Positions 26,601 through 39,893 of a stretch of DNA of 64,000 nucleotides are shown piece after piece. The stretch spans positions 11,098,001 through 11,162,000 of the forward strand of contig NC_135259.1 of assembly GCF_964204865.1 (NCBI RefSeq). Reading direction: 5' to 3'. Both the position numbers and the translations under genes were made by a program. The notes under the pieces were generated by a model, which did no database searches, was not told where the DNA came from, and saw nothing but the letters and a program-made list of their open reading frames with translations. Source of the stretch: Styela clava. Its lineage: Eukaryota. The first letter of the stretch is position 1. The number at the start of each line of letters is the position of its first letter.

Positions 26601-29600
26601 TTCAAAATTGACATATTCTTTCGGTGGATTCATATTTTGTGTGTTTTCAGTATTCCATGGGAAAAATTGTAAAGTCAAGTTCGTACCTGTGCTGACAAAT
26701 GCCTAGAAAGAAGGAATAAACGATATTCATTCAAATACATATTTTGAAGGCGAAGTATTTTATGTTTTTGAAATTCTATCAACACAAGTAATGCATGCAA
26801 AAATATATGCATTTATTTACATACAGTTTAAGCATATGCATAAATGAACATCCAGTGTCCACACCAAAACCATTTGTATTTCAATGGAACTATAGTGGAT
26901 CATCCTACTTTTTTTGCTCAAAGAGAAGAAAATAATAAAATGAATGCCACTTGTCCGATATTTATGTGGCATTTGCGGTTGTCACTTGGCATTGTTGCCA
27001 AACCGCCATTGTCAAGCAACCCAATACCACGTATCCAATTCTTTGACCCCAATGCCAATTGAAATTGCGTATCTTTATGTGGTTTCTCCTGTGTCATATT
27101 GCGGAAAAGCCAATTACACATGTTGTATAGGATAATAGGGAAAGATAAGATTAAGAAATGGTAAGATAATTTAATTAAAATTTGGTATCGAATAAATTTG
27201 ATGATAGTCAATAAGATAAAACGGAATTAAAGCTAACTAAACTTGTTTAGGTCCAAGCACATATTAGAATCACGAACCCGGATATTTCTATTTAAAGTTG
27301 AGATAACCCAAATTATATAACATACAGCATGCTTGCTTGTTTATAAACTTGTTTACAAGCCAAACCCTACCAAAAAAATGAAAATTTATGGACCATGCAG
27401 CAATAATAAAATGAATAGACTTTTTTGTGCAAATTGTATTCACACTGTAATGCGAGCTTAAAGCGATGTATCCTATAGCTAATCCTTATGTGATTAATGT
27501 AATTTGGTTCATACATTGAATATCTTACTGATATTTCAAAACGCACTATCTTATGATTTAAAAGAACCCGTACCCATTATTATATAATGGGTATGGAATC
27601 ACCACCAAGATTGGATAACGTTTTTGAGTCATATCGTAATGCATCACAGGTGTTCTTCCCCTATTCCTGATACTGGCAATAAAATTCTAAACAAACTCTC
27701 AAGATCAGGAAACGTGACTAGAAAACAAGATCAACCCAAGGTGAACTTTGGAATTAGACACCTGTTTATTTGCTATGTCAGATTCAAGGATGGAAATGTG
27801 CGTGTATTAATCAGTTGTATCTAAAATATATATGTCTAAATATCTATATTTTGACCCAATGTTGTATTATGCATATTCAAAGGAAATATAACAGCCAGGA
27901 CCTTATGCCATTATAAGCTTAGGGCAGTAAAAAATGAAAATGTTATATTTGGAGTGAAATCGACAATAATAGATAGAACAAAAGACATCAATGGTGCCAA
28001 CTGCCAAACAATGCCTACAGTCAACATCAAACGGTATGGAATTAGCCCAAATTAATACATGCAGCCAGCGGCCAAATGAAGTGAATAAATTATTCAATTC
28101 GCTTTCATAAAATATCCGCAAAAAATGAAGCATTGATTCGATTCCGAAAATAGTATGATAAATAGACCAAAAACCAGCAGTTAGGCTAAATTAAAAAATA
28201 AAATAAGTCAAAACAGTTTTCAATACAATAAAGCCTTAATGTTCGTGCTGTACGTCCTATAAAAGTAGTAGATATTGCTTCTTTTTGTAGCACAAATTCA
28301 CCGTAAATGTTTGCGAAAAAAGAGATATGCTACTCTCACAAACAAGATTTGGATAATTTTGATCCAACGAAAATTTGGAAAAAGTTATTGTTTATATTTT
28401 ATTTTGAATGACTAAATAAAAAAAAAAACATGTGGTTACCTGCTACGCGAGATCGAAAAGATTTTGAAGATGGAAAATGTTTTTTGCAGTAATTAAATTT
28501 GCGCTTTCTGCTTGCAGCCTTGAAGCTCAGATTTGGCTGCAAGCTTAAAAGCGTTTAGCGGAGCGACAGATGGTAATGTTTGGAAGCCTATTTACAAAAC
28601 TAGTACTTTACAATATAGTTTGTTTCAAAGTATTCAAGTTCAAGTTGAATTGCATATAAGTGAGTGTTCTTTTCTTGCATTTCGACGCTGCACAATTAAA
28701 CCGCTGCCTTCAAAAACGAATAAACTCAGCAAATCGCGCCATGAATAATTGAGAGCGGAGAAGTTCAATGCTCTTCCGTCCAGAAAATTTCAATTTTCTG
28801 CAGCCTTATTCTAAATCTAAGCCCGTAAGGCGGTTAGGAATTAATTTAATACTAATTCACAAACTAGCACGGTCCATGTAAAAGAGGAATTGGCAAGCTT
28901 GTTTATCTACAAGTCATGATTGGTATATGTAGTTAATCTGTAGGGAGTTGGAAATACTCGAGGGAGGGTAAAAGCGGTAAACAACGTGTGGTTTACCACC
29001 AGACCTCCAAAATTAAATTGCCACCGAGTGAAATTTGGCCATACATGAAGTATTGTCGAACTGAATATCAAGATCCTGAAGTGTCTGTCATTTGAAAGTA
29101 TAATACCGCGGCTGAGATGTAATAGGCTTAATTTAGATTCGAACCACGGAATCTATTAGAATCGACTTTCCAAAATCACGTCTATTCTATGTAAGTTAGT
29201 TTTATTCTATTCAAATTCGAAATGAAATAGTTTTCCAGTAAGATACGCAACAGCCGAGTCTATCCACAGTATCCACAATTTGATATTTGAAAAAAAAATT
29301 TCGAATCTAACCGACGACAAGAAAAGCTTCTAAAAAATTCGAAGATATTTTTGTTTAATTTTGATCGATAAAATTGCAGAAGTTAGTAATCATTGCGTTT
29401 ATCAGGAACATATTTAACCAAGAAAACGTCAATAACAAACAAGACTGTTGTCCATTATTCACCCGATATACAATCAATAAATAAATACCCAGATTTTATA
29501 GTAACAGAGAGGTAAAAATCTAATGCGTTTATCGCTATGTTTAATTACAAAGTTGGAAACTTGCGTATAGTAACACTTTAGTTTCATCGGCTAATAATTT

Positions 29601-32600
29601 GCTGCTTTGTATTTTGAGGTCTATAAAATCTTTTAGTATTTACATAAGTATATCAAATTTCACTATTCATCAGGTAAGTGTAAAGAAAATTGAATTCACA
29701 TTTACACCAAAACATGTGAGCGGCTTGTAAATATAACATTGAAAACGAAAAAAAAACCGTGACTGTGTTTGCAGACGAACGGTAATAGCCGCATATGGCA
29801 TTCGAAGCGAGAATGAATAGGTGAAAATGAGATAAAAATGGGATCAAGTTCCCTAGAGACCTTCCCAACTGTTTTAGAGAAAAAGCCAAGTTCATTATTT
29901 CTGTGAGATCAGATTTAGTCGAATAGTGATACGACCATCCAAGTGTGAACCGATAAGTACAATCATGACATACAGTTAATGGAAGGTTAAACCTAAACTG
30001 CCATATGGTGAGTATATGCCAGAATAAACCACAAAAGTAATGTGGACGACATTTGTGTATAAAAATATCATTTGTTGGTTTATCATTTTAAATCAAGATA
30101 TATATAATATGTTATGCTAAAAATATAATAAGCAATTTTTACACATTGTAGGATGCACCAGTTCATAGACTTTTGTGCTATTTTGAGAACTGCTAACTAA
30201 ATGAGAAATAGCATTCCTAGTGAAGTTCTATTAAAATGAAATGATACTTGATGGTTTTTACAACCAATTCTATACAAGTCATACAAAAACAACTACACGC
30301 TGATGATACAATTAAGCAGTGACCGCGTGATAACAATCTTTTTATCGAAACAATGCCAAATTGTGAGGGGTGAAGAGAGATTATCACAGCTAACGTTCTT
30401 ATGATAGAATAGCATAAAACAGAACCAACAGTTTTGCTTTGAATAAAAAAGATGAAGGTTACGATTCTTGACATTGATCACAAGTCGAAAATAATTTGAA
30501 GATTGTCATTTGTGTGGGATTTGGATGAATCGCAAAAGGTGCCTGATAATTCAAAGATATAAGGATGGAATTCAGTTTGTCGACACGGAGAGTCCAGAGA
30601 ACTCTCGTAACTAATGGTCCAAGCGATTTCGATTTTCCAGTACTTAAAGATGGAAGTACTCGCGAAAAAGCTATTACTTATAAATATTTTTAACTCACTT
30701 CGAGTCCTATGAGATGTCATATTTTGACGCCAATCTTTTATTTATTCATGGGAACACCGTTTTCAATCCGTCAAGCGTGACCGACTACGTCACGACTGTC
30801 CGTGGTTTTGATTTTGCGAATTCACTGCTCATTCACATTTTCGTATGAGTTGCACAGGCTACCGGTACTGTGGTTAGTTATTGAACCACCGTGTCGGAAT
30901 ATTCAGTTGAGCCTCCCATCCTTGCCTTGCTAATGACCTCAAACCAGGATTAGCCGCGAGTTAGGAAATGAAAAAAAAAAAACAGTATGTAACCGACAGC
31001 CACAAAATACAGATATGATTAATTGTGTGGTTCCAACTGTGGATGAGATCGCTCCTGTAATACCTTTGCTTGTATATAATTCCGATTTTCCAACGCAATA
31101 AATTACAGTACATACGCCCCTTTTCAAGCTGGCTGTTCCGTCCTTGCAGGCGAATTATTTTCAGGGAAGCTGGAGTGAAATCTAGTATGTAATATCAGAC
31201 TGGACAGTGGCCTTATGTACTGTACAATCACAAGCCGCACGTCGTACTTGTAATGCAGACAACATACCTACGAAAACTAATTTTTTTACCTCATCTATGA
31301 TTTTATGGAACTTACGATTTCGGCCCTTCCTGACTGACAACTATTTTGAAATCTCAGTTGACGTTCTTCGGCTCCTCTATCTCTGTATCCAGTGTATTTT
31401 ATCTGTGAACAAAATAAATCAAGTAGGCCTATTGTTAGAGAAATTGATATTAAGATAACATTTATAAAAAAAAAAGGGTACTGCACCAACTTTTTTTTGT
31501 GACACCTTTTTCCTATCTGTAGAAAAAATATTAGTATTGTGCTGAAATTAAAAATGTAGCATACAACTAGATTATGTTTTAATATCAGCTGAAACTCTGA
31601 TCGTTTGGACTAAATATACAGCCTTCATATCATCTTACGATAATAAATTTTCATATTAAACTATATTTTTTTCTAAATTTCAAACTCGGGTGCTTCGACC
31701 AATACTCAGTTGCAAAACTGCTTCCATATACATATGCATAGGAGGAAAAGACTTTACCCCGTTGACTGTAAAGGTCATTGAGACTGCCACAATTAGTAAA
31801 TTATTTTGTTCAAATCTTAAATTATTTTCATTTAGTGGGATATAAAAACAGCTACACGAAATTTCCTAGAAAAAACTCTGTGTTCCTGATTTTGTTCACA
31901 TTTCTTTATTGAAATCGAGAATTATAGTATTTTCGAGGCAGATCTAATGTCTACATAATGATGCTGTCTGCAGTGTGTTTAATTCCTAACCCAAAGATTA
32001 TTACTCCGGCACTTGTTTAGGGAAGACAATTATATATTTATGTTGAATGTGATCAATTTTATTTGGACACTTATTGCTAATTCAGGAAATAAAAATATTT
32101 TCTGTCCACTTAATTGGTTACTAATGAAGTTTTCCTCCACGTCTGGCTCATTTAGTACGTTTTGATGTAATTCAGTTATTTTTGAACACACGATAATATT
32201 TTAATTGAGACAGAAATATGTCAAATAGACATTCCACAAGTGAAGGTAATCAAAGAAAAGGTCACAAAATTCTAACAAACACATTCCACATTGATACTCA
32301 AAAATAAGGAAAAAGAAGTAACATGTCCTTAATGAGAAAAAAATCTCAAGATTTTTATTGAACATTTGGACAGAAATAATACAAATATTTAAGTTCAAAA
32401 CACATAAAGGATTGGATAAAACGTATGCATTGAATCGCAATCCATGAATGCGAAAGTAAGTTTTGCACAAAATCGACAACTTAGGTTTAGACTGGATGAG
32501 ATAATGATACACGTTGAAAATTTGCGGTCAGAAACGACAACGTGATGTACCGTAGTGACCTGGATTATCTATGTCTAAGTCCATGTTTTACCGTTTGATT

Positions 32601-34868
32601 ATAAACCACCCAATTAACTGTCTTGATCAAATATGATTTTTAAAATAATTTTCCTCATAAAAAGTTGTCTATTAAATAAATTTGAATTACAGTGAATCGT
32701 TAAATATGATGAAATTTCGTACCCGTCGATTTTGAATACAAATTTTCAACAATGCATTTTGTTTGTAAACCGATTGTATTTAAAAAAAAAGCCAAATATT
32801 TTGCAACAAATGACCTCCTATCACAATTACCCAAATCGGATATCTAAGACACAGTGTTTTGCTTATGTTACAGCATATAAATTACATACGGACTGATTTT
32901 GTGGTTACTATTTGATCTCGAGACTATATAGGTTTCGAACCCAAGATTTCAAGTAGCCAAAATACCTTTATAAATGGTACACATAAAAGCAATATTCAGT
33001 AATGCTAAATTGACGTTTCCCAATTTCGAAGTATGTATTTTAATTTTTATAATGTTCTTTAACGCAGGCAGTATTAGGAAAATCCACATTTACGAACAAG
33101 TCTGCTCTACTAAACGCCTCGGGCACAAACCTTTGTTGTGTACTGTATGTCATTAATACACCTACGCGATAAATGAGTAATATTGTTACACACGTTATAA
33201 ATATTCTTATCAAAACGTACAAAAGTACAGGCAAATCATGAAAGTTTATAATTGCTCAATTTTGGATTATGACGATCGACTTATCTGAAAACTGGAAATG
33301 CTGAAATATCATGCAGCTGAAGGTTTTATTTGTTTCAAAACAGGATCAGGAACGACCAGCTTTGTTCGCTAAAATATGGGAGCCCTTAATTTCAAAAATT
33401 TATAGTAAGAAAATAGAATAATAGAAATAGAAAATAAAAGTATGGTTGATGTACTCTTGGGATTAGAATAAGCAATAATTTCAATTTTTTTCCCTGAACT
33501 TGGAATCGAACTACGGTATCAAAGTTTTCTCATTTGCTAACAAAATCAAAAAACGTTTTTTAATGATTGTACCAATTCATAATCATTCTACATAAAAATA
33601 TAGAGTTGTTGATTGTCTTCTTCGGTCTCAATTTACGTCTTTATTCGAAACATATTGGATATCCTTTGGAAAGTTGTGTGACTTGCCTATCTGCAGTATA
33701 ACTATGACAAGCCGATGTAGTTCTCATCATAGTGAATAAAAATCTTTATAAATGGCTGCCATTAAAGAGATAGAAAAGGGAATATGTTATGTTTTTTTGC
33801 AAAATATATTGAAAGTAGTTTCTGCCAGTACTATATTGGTAAATATTATATTCAGCAAATCCCGGTCAATAAAAACGGCAACAAAAATTTCAAGTTGCTG
33901 TTAGTTATTCGCATTATTGTATATACATGTTTATTTTTTTTTTAAATCGGTGCATTACGAACAATAATTTTTTTTAGCAGAAATGTAATTAAGTTTGAAT
34001 ACAAAATTGACTGGGTAGTGGGTACACTATATTTTATGATGTGTATGCGTTTATATATTATTGTGTTTTTACATCTCCTCGGCACAAAAATACTTATATA
34101 TATAAAATGAAATATAGCTCATATTTTTGGAATGATCGGAATCATCTGAAGTAGGCCTATATAGTTTATTTGCTTATTCCACTGTACTCTCAAGAAAAAA
34201 TGAATACGGATCAAATATTTTATACTTGTGATATTGGCCAATACTTCCCAAACATAAGTGCAAGACCATAAACAAGGAAAAGTTAACTTTGATAATTTTA
34301 TGTTAGGTAACATTAGATTATAAAGAAATTTAATTCAAATATTTTGTACAATAGTGAAAAATTTAGAAGACATTTGCCTTGGTCCGCAATTAAATACAGT
34401 TAAAATCAAAAATTGACTTCAAAATATTCTGGCTCACATCATTTTGTATAGATGATAGATTCACATGTTTCATCAAACTTTCTCTACTGTTGTTTTTTCG
34501 ATGACTTCCGTATTTGACTTGGAATTAGCCTTACTAAACAATGTCCCCGATTTAGTAAGTCTGGAGTACTTCAAGTTCCAAGTCAATATAGACTAAAATC
34601 TATGGGACAACGCGCCAGTCAATTTTAAAAACCTATAATACCTATCTTTCAAATTTCCATGTCCTTTTTTGAAGTAAGTTCTCGTGGTCATGCCATCAGA
34701 AAATTTCATACAAGTCGGAGTGAAAACTTATTTTATATGACTGAGTATTTAATAAAACATAAATAAGCAATTTTGAAAATCAAATCTTACCTCAGCTTCT
34801 CTACTTAGACGACGGAAAAGCTCATTGGACTCAAATATAGCTTTTTGGTCCGCAACGACACGAGGCAT
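23683..34868 (-). CDS. CBFB: Core-binding factor subunit beta (CBF-beta/PEBP2B, RUNX partner), 6 coding exons, 182 aa
   Basis: Exons in transcript order: 34868-34791 MPRVVADQKAIFESNELFRRLSREAE; 31402-31316 IKYTGYRDRGAEERQLRFQNSCQSGRAEI; 26702-26586 AFVSTGTNLTLQFFPW...YVNFEREPGK; 24474-24358 VFLKAPFILNGVCVLWKGWLHLHRLEGMGCIEYDEERAM; 24114-24034 VEASHMANSSQNSASQLHKISQSHKNQ; 23751-23683 NHKHPSSGGSGGGQLEKRPRLH*. All introns phase 0, GT-AG. Coding lengths 78/87/117/117 match the vertebrate gene. Exons 5-6 are less certain because they are not conserved. Confidence 0.95.
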
Positions 34869-36039
34869 TTTTAGCAACATCACCGCATGTCACCTATCGT
34901 GTCGAGGAAGCAGTTTTCGTTTCACATCTACCGCTGTATTTCCACAGTGGTTTCAAGTTTCCTCTTGTAATTTTAAATGAAATATGTTAAATTGAATCAC
35001 TAGACAGGCCTGGAGTGGAAGGCCTATCTGACATATTTAATCTGTTAAATCGAGAATGAAATATTGGTATTTTCATTGCAGGTTATGTTTTGAGTTTATG
35101 CACTATGCTGATAGGATGATTACCACCCAATTGTGATTGTCCAGATTTTCAACTATCTGAATATGCTGTGCTCTACTGAATCTTTCTTAGCTACGTCTCA
35201 CAACAGGATAATTCAAAAAGTGCCAAATTACTAATTAGGAGTCTTTGATTCTTTACTTTCTAAAAATTTCTTTCACGCTTACTACTTAACTGGAACAACA
35301 GCTTTACCGTAATCGAAACTATATTTTGATATAAATGGAAGGTTTGTGATTGAAGCATTATTAGCTATTACAAAATAAGAATATTATGATTAGCTCCGAT
35401 TATTCCCTCAGTTTGTTTCGGTGACTTGCGAACTCGCCTCGTCCATAAACAAAATGGCCGCTGACTGACCAATATGACCGACGCGCATTCAAAGCGGCTA
35501 ATCTGAAGCTGTACTAAAACGAAATTGCCATGGATCACAACTGCCACTTGAGCATAATATATTTCTAGTTACGTGTATTTATATATATATACTGTATATA
35601 AAACTTCACAAACGATTTAAACATTTATAGGAAAAAAGTCGCATAAAAAGCAGTACGAGTAGGGTGTATATCACGTGTTTGTGACTACACGTTTTCTGAT
35701 TATCAGCAGCGTTAAAAATAGTGCTTCATTTTGAAGTACAAAAACCAGCCTCGAGCAAAGCCCGAAGCTAAGCATATACCACGGTTCAATACTGCGTATT
35801 GCCACTCAGCGCATTAATACTGGCTGTTAATGCAAAAATAGGATTGCTTGGTTGATTTTGCTTCCACAGATTCAATTGTACACTCACGACGTTCCAGCAG
35901 TCAAGTTACAAAATAAAACTTCCTAACTCATCAACTAGTTGGTTACTATCTGTGTACGTTCAGTACTAAATCGCATTTTATTTCGATTAAAAAGCACAAC
36001 CACAAAACAAGGTTTTATTCTGTACATTTCACAACTCCA

Positions 36040-36620
36040 CATTTACAAGCCGAACCGCCACAACATTATTATTCGGGGCGAGGGCGGTTTGCCGCGTGCT
36101 TCACAGACCGAATATAATGACGCTAAACTTGACGATGATGGCTTGTCTCACCGCAAAGAAAATAGCGGCGACGGTACTGAATAACCACAGCCAACCTCTC
36201 CGAGGTCAAACATCTTCGGGCTATTCATGTCTCGTTGTCGAGAGCTTTCGTATAGTCAACGACGATTAATAAACGAGTGAAGATAAAAAGCAATCATTTA
36301 TAATATCGCACAATGTGAGATATTGAACTTAATCGTCACTCTCGAAAAGTCTTACACCATAGCTATCTATAAAAACCAAACTACTCAACCATATCTGATT
36401 TATCGCAGGTAAACTTGACCAAATTATCACCCATGAAAATTCTGATGGAATTCGACAATTCAACATACTGAGGGGTTTATCAGACGTATTCAACTACGGC
36501 TATGCATTATATATTTAACGTAGGCGTTCACGCGTGACGTCGAGAATACACAGGCCTCGGAAAGCCTGCTACTTTCGCGAACAAATTCCGTCGGCTCGCT
36601 TACGCGGTCGGTGGTCCTTT
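36040..36620 (-). promoter_or_regulatory. CpG-rich region upstream of CBF-beta, candidate promoter / 5' non-coding exon
   Basis: CpG-dense patches at ~36050-36250 and ~36520-36615, CRE-like tgacgt (36535), GC-box-like gggcgg, and a minus-strand donor-like gtaagc at 36603; 1.2-1.7 kb upstream of the ATG. Confidence 0.35.
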
Positions 36621-37991
36621 TACAAGATTGTGTAAAATTTACCGGCAAAAAAATTTACTACTAATCAGGTCAGTGAATGCAATATGCTTCTGGCAGTATC
36701 TACCTTTCAAACTTTCTGTGTAGTAATTTCATATAGTTCATAATTGCACGTTGAACAACTTCTTGACAGAAGGCAAAGTTAAATACAGCTTGCGATTTTA
36801 CAATGAATAAACATTTAAGGCAAATTACAGCTGAAATCAAACTTTGAAAATATAATTATTATATTATATTTTAATAAATTTGGTATTCATCATTGACGTA
36901 CTACAGTGACACCCTTCATACGTGACAGATTAGTTTGAAAGGAAACGGAAACGTTAGCGACTAAAATTTGATTTAGGACTAAACGTTAGAATTTATTTTA
37001 ATCAAATATTTCTGCTGTGAATCTAGAAATAAAATTATTACCAAAAAAATACAACTTAAATGAATAATAAACACAAACTAATACATAAAATACATCTGAA
37101 ATTTATGTTGCATTCTCATACATTAAAAGAAACTAAATACAACATTAGATTTAGGAAGTATGATAGTAAAAATTACGGAGGGTTTGTGACAGCTAGCGGA
37201 TGAAGTTTATTTCTTTGATATTGACTACTTATTTTATTAGGCGTATGGTTACTAACCAGGGACATCTGAAAATTTTTCTTATTTTCATCGGAGTGTGATA
37301 ATTTTGACTTTGACTTTACTTTGCGTTTCGACTCAAGATTACAAAAAGTCAGACTCGAACTTTGGGGTGACATAATTTTGAGTCGGAATTTAACTTTAAA
37401 TGTTTTTGAAAATTAGTCGATCTGCAAACTCAAAACTTCACGTTCATCTACGGTAATTTTTACTACCAAAAAATGGAACATACTCAACTGAAGTCAAACA
37501 GATATAATTTAAAGACATATTCATTGACAAACTTTAAAGCTGATTTTAGTTTTTTTTAGCTTTTAGTATAATTTGTTTCGAATAAAAGCTGTCATTTTGT
37601 CCGAAAAAAGTTTCTTCGGGTGCATCTGTGATATATATATATATATACATATATATTTTTATACATATACTGCTTTGTTAACCGGCATAAACACGTCTAA
37701 TTGCAAAAATCTTATAATATTTAACATGAACTAAAAAAATAATAAGGGCTCAATGATCCCGAAAATGTCCATAAAAAATTGCATCATGATTTAAATGTAA
37801 CATTTGGTAAAATGAGATTCAACTTCCAGTTTTGTTATTTTTCCTGTATAATTCGGCGTCGTAACCGTCCGTGACCACGTAGACGGGTCGATTATTTATG
37901 GTTGAACACAGCATCCAGCAGTTCTTTTGATTGACATGTTTAATAACAACTGATGATTCACCGACACACGTGCTTTCAAATGAATTACTAT

Positions 37992-38927
37992 TTATTCCTT
38001 AAAGATGAATGGAAATATTATTTGCTTCCAGTCAGGAAATGATAGTATGCCCATTATAAAATTAACATATAAACTAGATCCCATGACCTGCGTGAGTGTC
38101 CAGGAATCGTTCAGAACTGATTTAGCCATCACTACAGATGCTATTGTATCCGTTACAAAACAGAAAGTTGCTGTAATAAGAGATCGGTACAACACCGGTA
38201 ACAAGTTATCGGCAGCTTCTCCAACATTGGATCGATGTTTGTACAAAGGATATATAAAAAGAAACAACAAAGTAGCTTGCGTTATGATGGAAGACGTACC
38301 AACAGCAATCCAAGTACCCGAACTGGGCAACAACGATTCCACTATTGCACATCCGAGATTTGTCATTCCAATTCGATAACTGATGATGAAAGCCGTTGAG
38401 TTCAGAATTTCTGTAACTATTATAAAAACCAGAGCCAGCGAGCTAACAAATCTCAACAGAGCTGTTGTGAGATGTTGCATTGCTGGATTCGTATATAAGA
38501 GTCTTTGTCGCAACCATAGGACGGTGTAACTTAATCCCAAAAAAGTCACACTCATTACTGATTTAAAATACTTTGTTGCTGCACAGTATTTGACGATAAA
38601 TTTCTCCACAATAAATTTTTCGAAGGTATTTGCAAGCCAAAAAATTAAAAACGCAATGCACATCAGGAAGCGAACGATTTTCATCCATTTTCCAATTTTC
38701 TTTCCAGTGCTTTGATTTTGTTCAGCATTTCCAACTTTGCGTGTTTTAACGAAATCAATAGTGAGCAGAATCACAACATAAATAACCGAGAGCAAATAAA
38801 ACGAAGTAATTATTATATTTCCGTACCACTTCCAATCATGCATCCAATGGGAAGTTTCCCCAATGGAATCTGTTATATTCGATGAATTATTTGCTGATGA
38901 AGATACGTTGATATGCAATTCGGTCAT
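37992..38927 (-). CDS. Intronless orphan seven-transmembrane (GPCR-like) protein, 311 aa
   Basis: Longest ORF in the window. N-terminus has N-glycosylation sequons (NVS, NNS, NSS, NIT) and no signal peptide. Seven hydrophobic segments. Cys at the top of TM3 (KYCAA) and in ECL2 (LGCAI). Motifs LWLRQRLLY, LFIYPL, FPDWKQIIFPF. Acceptor-like ttgttccag at ~39036 in the 5' leader. Confidence 0.88.
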   Translation of the reverse strand: MTELHINVSSSANNSSNITDSIGETSHWMHDWKWYGNIIITSFYLLSVIYVVILLTIDFVKTRKVGNAEQNQSTGKKIGKWMKIVRFLMCIAFLIFWLANTFEKFIVEKFIVKYCAATKYFKSVMSVTFLGLSYTVLWLRQRLLYTNPAMQHLTTALLRFVSSLALVFIIVTEILNSTAFIISYRIGMTNLGCAIVESLLPSSGTWIAVGTSSIITQATLLFLFIYPLYKHRSNVGEAADNLLPVLYRSLITATFCFVTDTIASVVMAKSVLNDSWTLTQVMGSSLYVNFIMGILSFPDWKQIIFPFIFKE

Positions 38928-39679
38928 TTTGATGAAGGAGATTATAATACGATGTAAGTATAAACTAGAACTACAGATTCGGTTTGTTTCAAATGATCTA
39001 TAAAAAAGGATTTTTGGTCACTATACTGAATTTACCTGGAACAAAGTTTAGGATGTGTGTCATGCTTTCGGAAGAAAGTGATAAATGAAATATGGAATGC
39101 TTTATTTAATAGCGGCCGTTGTGTCAATGCCACTGGAATCTCTTTTACATTTGTCTTATCGAGTCAGATGATGGACTAATGCAGGGCTTTTCAAATTTAG
39201 TTTTCATGTACGAATTGCAAATTTTAAAAGTAAAATTTAACCCTCCACTGTCTATTCCGATGCGCTGTGAAGATTATACTAAAGGCGTGTCGCTAGGATT
39301 AGCAGTAATTTGCAGAAAGAGATTACGTACTGAAGACTTTACCATTACAACAATGGTGCAATCTGCTAAGACTTTTCATGAAATATAGACTATTGCCAGA
39401 CCTACCCATTTAAGATCTAAAGCATAAGTGAACTGCATCATCCATTAAAATAAATACTATTGTTTATTGTAGTAAGTGGAAATGAAAGTTGAAGACATAT
39501 CATCGGTATGATATGTCACTGTATGATGAATATATAGATGTAACACTGATATATTGCTTTATGAAACTTTTCGAATAGGCCTTAGCATAAATAGCTCTAT
39601 ATTCCGTTAAGATAAATTCGCTAAAACATACGCATGTGCATATGGACCTGAGGCCTTATGGGATTATAGACAACATTTC

Positions 39680-39893
39680 GGTACTCCCGTAGTACGTGTA
39701 CCAGGTTAGGGTTGGGCCATTATTTTATTCCGGTTTTCTTTATTTTAGTTCTATTACGAGTTAGGGGACTGTCTGTGTTGGCCAAGTAAATAGACCCTCT
39801 GTCCATAGTAGTCAGTCCCTGTACACAACTTGATGTGAAGTAGGCGAACAAAATTAGTTACCTCCATATTGGTACACATACTTATGGAACGCA
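39680..39893. mobile_element. Non-autonomous TIR element (MITE), same family as 60984-61206
   Basis: Begins ggtactcccgtagtacgtgtacc and ends ggtacacatacttatggaacgc (inverted termini). Contains ggttagggtt and the ttttagttctattacgagtt core shared, in inverted orientation, with the 61 kb copy. Confidence 0.7.

Noticed and set aside
28431-36190. RUNX-type TGTGGT/ACCACA sites in and upstream of CBF-beta (28431, 28987, 30027, 31026, 32900, 35998, 36183) suggesting autoregulation
   Set aside because: A hexamer of this composition is expected roughly once per 3 kb on both strands. The excess is modest and unclustered, so it needs conservation or ChIP data.
38005-38379. 124-aa plus-strand ORF
   Set aside because: Antisense shadow of the 7TM CDS, with no independent coding signal.
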